64,000 bases of DNA from the NCBI GenBank assembly GCA_046300675.1, contig JBKCLO010000181.1, positions 8,915-72,914 on the forward strand. Reading direction: 5' to 3'. Positions 37,542-45,922 of the stretch are shown here, piece by piece. Position 1 is the stretch's first letter. Each line of letters starts with the position of its first letter. The DNA comes from Ignavibacteria bacterium. GTDB taxonomy: Bacteria > Bacteroidota > Ignavibacteria > Kapaibacteriales > Kapaibacteriaceae. The notes under the pieces were generated by a model, which worked only from the letters and a program-made list of their open reading frames with translations, was not told the origin of the DNA and did no database searches. Position numbers and translations under genes: made by a program.

Positions 37542-40322
37542 ATGCGTGTATCGACAATTGCGTTCCTGGTCGTTCTCCTTGTTGCTGCAGTAACGAATGC
37601 TTCAGCTCAGCGCAGAGTATCGCCCGTAGTTCAGCGGCAGATCGATTCTGCCTTATCGATACTTGGAATGCACCAACGCGACCTGCCGATGCCCGCCGAT
37701 CTGCTTGAGCGCGACATGCATCGCACTGCGGTTCACGACAACCTCTTTAGAACACCATTTTCGTCGGTAGACATCAGCGAAGATCTGGCCGATTCATACC
37801 TTATAAACCGCGGCACAAGCGTATCCCAACTGCAGGATCAATTGCACTCATGCCTGGCAGTTGGCGCCTTTAAGCGCTACTATCTCGACAACATGCCGGA
37901 TGCAGAGACGGTGCTGGACCGACTCAAGATTTCACGCAGCAAGATCGGCAACCTGAACATAGCGTCGTCGATTGTGCTGCTCCGCCACTCTGCACTCTTG
38001 CTTCAGGCTATTGATGCTGTTGCTGTGACCTCTAGATCTCAGCTTGCTGAGATAGAGTCGAAGCTTGTGCAGCTTGACTCGTTGTGGAGGATTTCGAAAT
38101 CTTCAGAAACGGCCAGTGTCTGGGAGGTCTATGCAGAAGAGCAGTCTTCGCAGGCCGCAGTGCAAAAGCTCTACGCCTCCGTTACTGTTGCGTCGGTTAA
38201 GAAGATGCTCGACGTCGGACCTTCCGTACATGATGATCTCGTGCGGATCTCCAACGAGCTGCTTGGTGCCAGCGATGTCTTGATAGACAGCATTACAACG
38301 GCCATCTACGATACACCGATTGGCAGAATTGCCATCGGCGGACCCGGCAATGATGTCTATCAAGGTCGGTTCGCCATGATCATTGATGTAGGTGGACATG
38401 ATGTCTATAACCTAAGCTCGGAAACTCTGCAGCAACGAATTGCAGCGCCGGTTCGCATCATCGTAGACCTTGAGGGCAATGACACCTACCGCGGCGCAGA
38501 CTATGCTCTTGCATCCGGCTTGCACGGTGTTGATGTCTTGATCGACCGCTCGGGTAACGACAGCTACCATGCCGGCTCGTTTGCACTAGGCAGCGGTATG
38601 CTCGGCTATGGAATACTGCACGATTTCGAAGGCGAGGATGCATACATAGGCGGAACAAACACGCAGGGATCGGGCATTCTCGGCGTAGGTATTCTGCTCG
38701 ATGATGCAGGCAACGACAGCTACAGATGTCATTCACAATCGCAGGCATTCGCTGGGGTGTCTGGAGTTGGATTCCTCGGAGATAGATCAGGCAATGACAC
38801 CTATGTTGCCAGTAGTCCATACCAGGATGTATTGCGATATGAAGATCATCAGATTACGTTCTCTCAAGGCGCTGCTCTTGGCAGCAGACCATACGCTTCA
38901 GGGGGCGTTGCAGTCCTGGCAGATGGTTCCGGCAGCGACACCTATGTGTGCGACATCTACGGACAAGGCACTGGGTATTGGTTCGGTATCGGCTCGCTGA
39001 TCGACAGATCTGGAGACGACAGATACCTGGCCCACCAATATGCCCAGGGATCAGGCGTACACTTTGCTACAGGTTTCTTGCATGATAATGCAGGTAATGA
39101 TGTGTATTCATCACATGGGGTTTCACAGGGGTGTGGACACGATATCGCCTACGGCATGCTCTTCGACGAAGACGGAGATGACACCTATGCATGCGAGAGT
39201 CTCTCGCTGGGTGGTGGCAATGCAAATGCCGTATCAATCTTTGTTGACGTCTATGGCAACGACAGTTACGCTGCAGCCGACACAACCAACACAATGGGCT
39301 TCTCGGACTATCGAAGGGGCTATGGAATGATTGGTTTGTTCATCGATTCGCATGGCAACGATCTGTACTCAAACACTTGGCGTAACACGACTACCTCGTT
39401 GAAGTCTACCTATGGTCTCTTTACCGACTTCACGGATTCTCTGCTTGATGTTCGAGAGCGCGCAAAACAAGCCCCCTACATGTCTCAGGTAGAGCTTCCA
39501 AATTCTATCGACAGCCTGATGATCCTCGCCTCTGCCTCGCACTTGCGCTTTCAGCACAACGTTGAGCCTGCCCGCAAGAAACTAGCGTCATTCGGCATTG
39601 CTGTCCTGCCTGTGATCGAATCCAGGCTCGGCACGTTAATGCCGAGAGAGAGGCTAACAGTTGAGTCTGTGGCAAAACACGTTTATGCTGCTGCTCCTGA
39701 CTCGGTTGTAGGGATGCTTAGGCGCGGTTTACAGAGCACAGATTATGCGGCTACCGGCACGGCGGCAACCATTGTCAGCGCAGTCAAAACAACGGCAACC
39801 TCTTCTACGCTTCTGGAGCTGGCAACAGGCGGCGACTGGCGCAAGCGACGGCTGGCTGCATCGACTCTGGGCGAAGTTCGCGACACGGTTTCTATACGCA
39901 GGATACATGCACTCTTGGCGGACTCTGCATCGTACGTGCGGGCACGTGCAGCCTTTGCCATCGGCGCCACAGACAGTCTGCCTCTGGATGCACTCAGCGG
40001 TGCCCTTGCAGATTCATTTCAGATCGTTCGTAACAGCGCCATCGAGGGTATCAACAGAGGAGCGCGCCGAGAGATGCGTCAGCTAACACAGTACCTAAAT
40101 GCGATCACATCGGAGTCCTACTTCCGTTCGAATGTGCGACTACTGATCAATGCAGACACATCAAAGTCCGACGTCGCGCAATGGAAGGCCTGGATCAAAT
40201 CCTTGCCTCCTGATCGACTATCAGCTGTGCGGCGGTTGCAGCGTCAGCTGCCCACGTTGATGCAACCGGCACTTGTCCCTTCTAAACCCAAGGCAAAGAA
40301 GGCTAAACGAGTCAAAGCATGA
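37542..40322 (+). CDS. Secreted 926-aa protein: helical N-domain, 13 tandem ~26-aa G(N/D)DxY repeats, HEAT-like C-terminal region and a Lys-rich tail; function unknown
   Basis: Signal peptide MRVSTIAFLVVLLVAAVTNASAQ. Repeats lie at residues ~265-610 (for example DRSGNDSYHAGSFALGSGMLGYGILHDF, EGEDAYIGGTNTQGSGILGVGILLDD, DRSGDDRYLAHQYAQGSGVHFATGFLHDN). The C-terminus has HEAT/PBS-lyase-like repeats (RRLAASTLGEVRD, VRARAAFAIGA) and ends KPKAKKAKRVKA. Confidence 0.75.
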   Translation: MRVSTIAFLVVLLVAAVTNASAQRRVSPVVQRQIDSALSILGMHQRDLPMPADLLERDMHRTAVHDNLFRTPFSSVDISEDLADSYLINRGTSVSQLQDQLHSCLAVGAFKRYYLDNMPDAETVLDRLKISRSKIGNLNIASSIVLLRHSALLLQAIDAVAVTSRSQLAEIESKLVQLDSLWRISKSSETASVWEVYAEEQSSQAAVQKLYASVTVASVKKMLDVGPSVHDDLVRISNELLGASDVLIDSITTAIYDTPIGRIAIGGPGNDVYQGRFAMIIDVGGHDVYNLSSETLQQRIAAPVRIIVDLEGNDTYRGADYALASGLHGVDVLIDRSGNDSYHAGSFALGSGMLGYGILHDFEGEDAYIGGTNTQGSGILGVGILLDDAGNDSYRCHSQSQAFAGVSGVGFLGDRSGNDTYVASSPYQDVLRYEDHQITFSQGAALGSRPYASGGVAVLADGSGSDTYVCDIYGQGTGYWFGIGSLIDRSGDDRYLAHQYAQGSGVHFATGFLHDNAGNDVYSSHGVSQGCGHDIAYGMLFDEDGDDTYACESLSLGGGNANAVSIFVDVYGNDSYAAADTTNTMGFSDYRRGYGMIGLFIDSHGNDLYSNTWRNTTTSLKSTYGLFTDFTDSLLDVRERAKQAPYMSQVELPNSIDSLMILASASHLRFQHNVEPARKKLASFGIAVLPVIESRLGTLMPRERLTVESVAKHVYAAAPDSVVGMLRRGLQSTDYAATGTAATIVSAVKTTATSSTLLELATGGDWRKRRLAASTLGEVRDTVSIRRIHALLADSASYVRARAAFAIGATDSLPLDALSGALADSFQIVRNSAIEGINRGARREMRQLTQYLNAITSESYFRSNVRLLINADTSKSDVAQWKAWIKSLPPDRLSAVRRLQRQLPTLMQPALVPSKPKAKKAKRVKA

Positions 40323-41929
40323 TTCGCCACCACATCACTCTGCAGCGCCTTGCCGAGGAATTATCTGAGCTTCTGGAAGGCAGTGTTCTTACATGCGCCT
40401 GGACGCAGGCCAAGGACACAGCAATGTTGATGTTTACGCGGGCAGATGCAGAATTCCTGCTTGAATGCGACCTAAGCCCTCAGGCAGGTACGATCTTTCT
40501 TCGCGAATCCGCACGCAGGGCTCGGCGCAACACACTTGGCATCTTTGAGCCAGCCTATGGTCAGCCCGTGGCATTCGTGACCAAGCACTCAGCTGATCGA
40601 ATCATCTGTATCTGGCTGCATTCGGTCCAGATTCATGCTGAACTCTTCTCAGGGGGCTCCGGCAACGTAGTTCTGGTGCAGGACCACATTGTGATTGACG
40701 CCCTACATGACAAACGCAGCCGAATTGGCAGCAGTTATCATGATCGCACAAGCGAGCAGCGGGCCATTCAACTCGACCGTCCTTGCTTTCGGGTGCTTTC
40801 TGATCGCAACCCTCTGTTAGGAAAGTGGTTTGCAATCGAAGCTTGCAAGCGCGCCGGAGTTGATGCCTCAATACCTTATGAAGCGCTGACAAAGGATCAG
40901 CGGGACAGCCTCGATGGCAACGCCACGAAACTTCTTAATGATGCCTCCAGCTCTCATGACTGGTATGTGTTGTCAGTCAACAACGAGATCGTGCTTTCAC
41001 CTGTCGTACTAACAGATAGTACCATCGTCGAATCACACCAACGTGTTCTGACTGCGACAAGCAGAACAATTGCACTCAGAAACAAGCTTGCAGCGTTTCA
41101 TGAACAACGGCGGATTATTGAGCGCACACTGGCCAAACGTATCGAGCGTATCGAGTCTACATTGCACAATCTGCAAATGGATCAGGCCCGCGATAACAGA
41201 GCTTCCGACTACAAGCGCTTTGGTGACATGTTGATGTCTCAATCAAACCTGCAGCTCTCTGGTACACCCTCTATCGAGGTGCATGATTGGAGCACTGATA
41301 CGGCTGTGAACATTACACTGCATCCAGAGCGCTCATTGCTTGACAATGCACAACGTTATTATGAGAAGTCACGCTCTGCACTGCGTTCGTCTCAAGAACG
41401 GCAGCGCCGCATGCCTGCACTCGAGCGCGAACTTCAACGTTTACGAGAGCTGCTTAAGAATGCTGCGCTGGCAACAGCGATCAACGAGTTACCTGAATTA
41501 CCGAGCCAGTTAAAGCCTATGGACGCCAAGACTCCCAACAAGCCCCCTGAAGAGCAGTATCGCACATTTGTCATTGATGAACAGCACACACTCTACGTTG
41601 GCAAGTCAGCCGCCAACAATGATCAGCTCACGATGAAGTTTGCCCGGCAACAGGATTGGTGGTTTCATGTGCGCGGGGCAAGCGGCTCGCACGCCGTATT
41701 GCGTGGCGTACAAGGACCGAAAATCACAAAACAAGTTCTCGAAGTTGCTGCAGCGATCACGGCCTACTATTCGCAAGCCCGCAATGCAAGCTATGTGCCT
41801 GTTGTCTATACACAACGCAAGCATGTTCGCAAGCCGAAAGGGGCTAATGTAGGTGCTGTTGTTGTAGACCGGGAACAGACGGTCATGGTCAAACCCGGAT
41901 TGCCAAGTGGCACACAGGACGATGATTAG
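40319..41929 (+). CDS. NFACT-family protein (RqcH / FbpA-like ribosome quality control homolog)
   Basis: 536 aa. The N-terminal NFACT-N-like region has a conserved Asp-Arg (KHSADRIICIWL, compare B. subtilis RqcH GLDRILIF) and GGSGNVVLV. A central coiled coil follows. The C-terminal NFACT-R/DUF814 motif is WWFHVRGASGSHAVLRG. The start overlaps the upstream stop (ATGA). Confidence 0.75.
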   Translation: MIRHHITLQRLAEELSELLEGSVLTCAWTQAKDTAMLMFTRADAEFLLECDLSPQAGTIFLRESARRARRNTLGIFEPAYGQPVAFVTKHSADRIICIWLHSVQIHAELFSGGSGNVVLVQDHIVIDALHDKRSRIGSSYHDRTSEQRAIQLDRPCFRVLSDRNPLLGKWFAIEACKRAGVDASIPYEALTKDQRDSLDGNATKLLNDASSSHDWYVLSVNNEIVLSPVVLTDSTIVESHQRVLTATSRTIALRNKLAAFHEQRRIIERTLAKRIERIESTLHNLQMDQARDNRASDYKRFGDMLMSQSNLQLSGTPSIEVHDWSTDTAVNITLHPERSLLDNAQRYYEKSRSALRSSQERQRRMPALERELQRLRELLKNAALATAINELPELPSQLKPMDAKTPNKPPEEQYRTFVIDEQHTLYVGKSAANNDQLTMKFARQQDWWFHVRGASGSHAVLRGVQGPKITKQVLEVAAAITAYYSQARNASYVPVVYTQRKHVRKPKGANVGAVVVDREQTVMVKPGLPSGTQDDD

Positions 41930-44900
41930 TTTGCGATCCGGACAAGCGCTGCCCGCCTGCCGATTCGCACCACATAGACCCCACTTGGATAGTCACTGAC
42001 ATCAATGCTCATCTGAGTATCGCTGATGGCAACGCCGTTGTAGAGTCTTCTACCGGTAACATCTGCGATCTCAATATCGGCTGCATGTTCAGGGTGGTCG
42101 ATGATTATCAACTTGTCGTGACACCACACATGCGGAGCATTCTGCGAGATGATATCATCATCCACGTCAAGTATCGACCCATTGTATCCAATGCAGATCT
42201 GATGTGGTGTTAACATACCGCGTCCAATCTGCTGTGCCGCCAACACATGGTCGGTGCCGTTATATGAAAGCCCCTTTGGTAGTAAGGCGGTCGAAAACGC
42301 GGTGCTGATATCCCATTGCTGTCGTGACTGTAGATCAAATCGACGTCCACTACCCTGCCCCTTGTCGAACAATGAGTCGCAGGTAAACGATGCATCCACA
42401 AGTTCCAATGGCCGCTTATCAAGCGTGTAGGAGTCGATGACATACCAACTACCCAGCAATGTCTGCTTGGAACGAAAAGCAGTATCAGGCAGAACATATA
42501 ATCGGGTCACAGCAACCGTTGTGTTGGCGGGCAACGTCTGTGTAAACGTCAAATCAAGACCATGCCTGCTAAATGAGATAGAGCCCGCAGTATCAGCAGT
42601 CGTAATGACTTGCGCGGCACCCGGGCCAACAAGAGCTCCGGAGTAGGTGCGGCTGGCTCCAGATTCGAGCTGTCCATCCCTGCCAGACTTCTTGTCAAAA
42701 AGCACGCTACCCTGGGATTCATTGAACTGATAATATCCGAGTAGTTCGGTCTCGTTCGTTAGGCGGACGAGGTGCATCAAGCGACGCACCTCATCCTGTG
42801 ACAGCTTACGTGAATACAAGGAGACTTCGTCGATCAAACCTGAGAAGTTTCGTGAGCTCCAGTAGTGATAGGTGCCCAGCTTGAACACTAAGGAACTTAG
42901 CTGAAGGGGTGAGAGCTTCACGGCATTCGTACTCGGATATCCGTTTACATAGACTGTTGCGCCGTTTGAATCAATCGTCAATGCAACATGCGACCATACG
43001 TCGGGCTCTACGCGCAGTCCAGACCCCCACCACCACTGTCCACCAGTCCAGAGATAGCCAAGTTCGTTCTTATCATTAACAAACTGCATCCCGATCTCCT
43101 GGCTCACTCCGGCATCTGCATCAGTACACAGAATAGCAGAAAATCCGGGCTGCATCCCTTTCGGCTTCACCCAAGCAGTAAACGAGAACTCCTTTGCAGG
43201 ACCATCGAACCGTCCCAGCGTAACATGGTCATCTGGATCAGTTAGATCAGCTGCCAGACCTGGCACAGGATCGATGCCATCGCACTCACTCTGCAAGACA
43301 GTAACAGCATCATTGATGCGCATAGTGTCTGTGCCGTTGGCGTTCTCGACAATCAGCTCAACATCATATGTGCCGGGTTTGTCATAGTATACCTGCACCG
43401 TGGGCGCTGATGATGTTGCAGGCTGGCCAGCTTCAAACTTCCATGTTCGCTTAAATGCTATCGTTTCCAATGCAGCAGAGCGGCAGCCGAAACGAACGGG
43501 GATACGTGAGCAGCGCACGGTATCGATATCCAACGAGATCTGTGCACGGGGCGCGGCCGTAGACGGCAAATCAATCTGCCAAAGTCCTCTATCCGTAGCA
43601 ACGCGCAGAAAGCCATGACGCTCATTGATATGCAGTGTATGGGTCTCTGCAAGGGGCAGTCCAGTACCATACAACACCCAACCGGTGATCGGCGTGTAGT
43701 GATAGACTCCAGCATCGGTGCCGGCATAGAGTTCATGCCTGGTACCTCTGCGGTAGATCATCGTGCGCATTGCCGCTTCCGGCAGGCCCGCAGAAAGATC
43801 CGTCCACGTAGCTCCGGCGTCTGTAGACTTCGCCACTTTCACCTGCTTCTGCACACCTGAAAATGCCAAATACAACGTCGACTGATCGTCATCGCAGAAG
43901 GCAACATCGCACATACCGCGACCGCGCGTGATGGTTGAGGCAGGAGTGATATTCTTCCATGACGATCCGGCATCTGTTGTATGCCAGAGTGCGCCGTCAC
44001 CGAAGACAGTCTGCACATTTGGGTTAACCGGATGAACCCGCAGACGATAGGCCCAGTTAGTAAACTTTTTGACCTCTTGCCAAGACGAGGCGTTATCCCG
44101 GGAGACAACAACTCTGTCATGTTGATAGTCAATTGCGTAGAGCGTGAGGTACCGTAGCGGATCAACATTGATGTTGTCCATTGTGATGTATCCGAGGTCT
44201 ATGCCAAGCTCAGTAGCCGAGGGAGGCACATTACGCGACGCAGTTCGTTTGCCGCGAACACTAGACCAAGGTTTTGCATAGAGCCACTGTGTTGCGATCG
44301 GATTGATGTTTGCTCCCATTGCATCAGCACCTGACCATGCATACCAGCCGTCAACCGGCTGACTCTTCATGTATATGGCAGTATCGCGAATGGTGGTTGG
44401 GAGGTGATATGCACCAATGGTCATGATGTCTCCATCATGCGATTGGTCAAAGCCCCATACCTCGGTTGCTGAGATCCCAAAACTTCGTTCGAGAAAAGTG
44501 TTGCCTCTGTCCGGGCTCATACGGATGCCACCGTCCGTGGTTATCCAGATTGAATCTCCACGTATCGATACAGACTGCACGTCGTAATGCATTGCAGGCA
44601 GCTCACTCCACGATCTGCCCCCATTGGTTGATCTGTAGGGAAAGATACCTGCTACGACCATCAACGATGGATCGGAACTGGAAACTGCAAAGCCCATATC
44701 CCATGTGATCTGTCCAAGACCGTTGCCGCCGATATCATAGTCGAACAGATTCGGGTTCGTGACCTTGTTGGCAGGCTCCGGTCCGTCTGATGCGCCACAG
44801 CAACGTGATTCGAATGTCGATCCCTGGTCTGTAGAGACATAGATCCCGTAGGTGCCCGAGATTGTGTCGGCCAGAGAACCTCCAATAGCAACGGCTACCA

Positions 44901-45915
44901 TGTCCGGGAGCGCTTGCGTGGTAGCAAGGAGTGCTCGAACCATTTTATGATTCGGCTTGGGCTGAGGATAGCCATTGCCTACTGCATCAAACTTCACGGC
45001 ACCACTTGTGGAACGAATGAACCCAATGTGCGCGCCCTGCTGCACCAGACCGTAGCAGACGTCGTTCTTTGTCGGATGCCAGCGAAGATCCCACCATGTT
45101 CCTTCGAAATTGCAGGACTGACGCCATGACCCACCGCCATTGGTGGACGTATAGAGTCGATTGACGGCAGCAATAACGATACGCTGCGGATCATTCGGCG
45201 CAATTGCAACAAGGTCTACAGCCTTTGCCGTAGACAACAGCGCATCACCCTGCAGCGCGAGCTTGTTCCAGGTAAGCCCCCTATCCTGAGAGGCATACAG
45301 GCCATCACTCGTTGCGGCCATCACGGTCTTACCCGACCACGCAAACCGCCACACGGTCTTGATCGCAGAATTGAGTGCTAGATTACTCCATGTCTTGCCG
45401 GCATCGATACTTCGCCAGATGCCAGACGATATGCCACCTGCCAGGACCACTGATGAATTCGTCGGGTCCACAATATGACTGCGAAGAACACCGATACCTT
45501 GCGAGCCTGTGGCCATTTTTGCCAGAGTATCCCATCCAAACGGACCTATGGGCATCCACGTTTTATCGACACGCTGAGTGCTCTCTTCTAATTTGGGCGG
45601 GAAGCTCTTTGTGAGAAAATGCTGCACATCTTGCTCAGATGAATGCAGGGGGCCTACATTGCCCATCTGATCGATATACGGACGCATCCGTGCTAACCAC
45701 GTTAGAACTTTGCGAGCCTCTTTGCTGGGCCTGCCTCCGTGAAGGGTTGAATCAGCGCGAAGCAGACGCAGCAATTCATAGTAGTTGGCATCAGGTTGTT
45801 TGAACAGTTGGTACCACGGACTCTGCGCATGGGATGGATTCGACTCATAACGCTCAAAGACTTGTCCTTGCGCGCTAACGCATAATGCGGCCAGCACAAC
45901 GAGCAGCAATCTCAT
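41926..45915 (-). CDS. Large secreted protein (1329 aa): BNR/Asp-box beta-propeller(s), PKD-like domain, LamG/concanavalin-like domain and a T9SS C-terminal sorting domain
   Basis: A signal peptide is present. At least 9 Asp-box-like motifs occur (SIDAGKTWS, SQDRGLTWN, STNGGGSWR, STNGGRSWS, TTDAGSSWK, STDAGATWT...). PKD-like segment: YDKPGTYDVELIVENANGTD. LamG-like segment: FSFTAWVKP...WSHVALTIDSNGATVYVNG...IDEVSLYSRKLSQDEV. The C-terminal CTD ends SGVYVVRIGRRAALVRIAN. Confidence 0.8.
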   Translation of the reverse strand: MRLLLVVLAALCVSAQGQVFERYESNPSHAQSPWYQLFKQPDANYYELLRLLRADSTLHGGRPSKEARKVLTWLARMRPYIDQMGNVGPLHSSEQDVQHFLTKSFPPKLEESTQRVDKTWMPIGPFGWDTLAKMATGSQGIGVLRSHIVDPTNSSVVLAGGISSGIWRSIDAGKTWSNLALNSAIKTVWRFAWSGKTVMAATSDGLYASQDRGLTWNKLALQGDALLSTAKAVDLVAIAPNDPQRIVIAAVNRLYTSTNGGGSWRQSCNFEGTWWDLRWHPTKNDVCYGLVQQGAHIGFIRSTSGAVKFDAVGNGYPQPKPNHKMVRALLATTQALPDMVAVAIGGSLADTISGTYGIYVSTDQGSTFESRCCGASDGPEPANKVTNPNLFDYDIGGNGLGQITWDMGFAVSSSDPSLMVVAGIFPYRSTNGGRSWSELPAMHYDVQSVSIRGDSIWITTDGGIRMSPDRGNTFLERSFGISATEVWGFDQSHDGDIMTIGAYHLPTTIRDTAIYMKSQPVDGWYAWSGADAMGANINPIATQWLYAKPWSSVRGKRTASRNVPPSATELGIDLGYITMDNINVDPLRYLTLYAIDYQHDRVVVSRDNASSWQEVKKFTNWAYRLRVHPVNPNVQTVFGDGALWHTTDAGSSWKNITPASTITRGRGMCDVAFCDDDQSTLYLAFSGVQKQVKVAKSTDAGATWTDLSAGLPEAAMRTMIYRRGTRHELYAGTDAGVYHYTPITGWVLYGTGLPLAETHTLHINERHGFLRVATDRGLWQIDLPSTAAPRAQISLDIDTVRCSRIPVRFGCRSAALETIAFKRTWKFEAGQPATSSAPTVQVYYDKPGTYDVELIVENANGTDTMRINDAVTVLQSECDGIDPVPGLAADLTDPDDHVTLGRFDGPAKEFSFTAWVKPKGMQPGFSAILCTDADAGVSQEIGMQFVNDKNELGYLWTGGQWWWGSGLRVEPDVWSHVALTIDSNGATVYVNGYPSTNAVKLSPLQLSSLVFKLGTYHYWSSRNFSGLIDEVSLYSRKLSQDEVRRLMHLVRLTNETELLGYYQFNESQGSVLFDKKSGRDGQLESGASRTYSGALVGPGAAQVITTADTAGSISFSRHGLDLTFTQTLPANTTVAVTRLYVLPDTAFRSKQTLLGSWYVIDSYTLDKRPLELVDASFTCDSLFDKGQGSGRRFDLQSRQQWDISTAFSTALLPKGLSYNGTDHVLAAQQIGRGMLTPHQICIGYNGSILDVDDDIISQNAPHVWCHDKLIIIDHPEHAADIEIADVTGRRLYNGVAISDTQMSIDVSDYPSGVYVVRIGRRAALVRIAN

Positions 45916-45922
45916 GTCTTCC

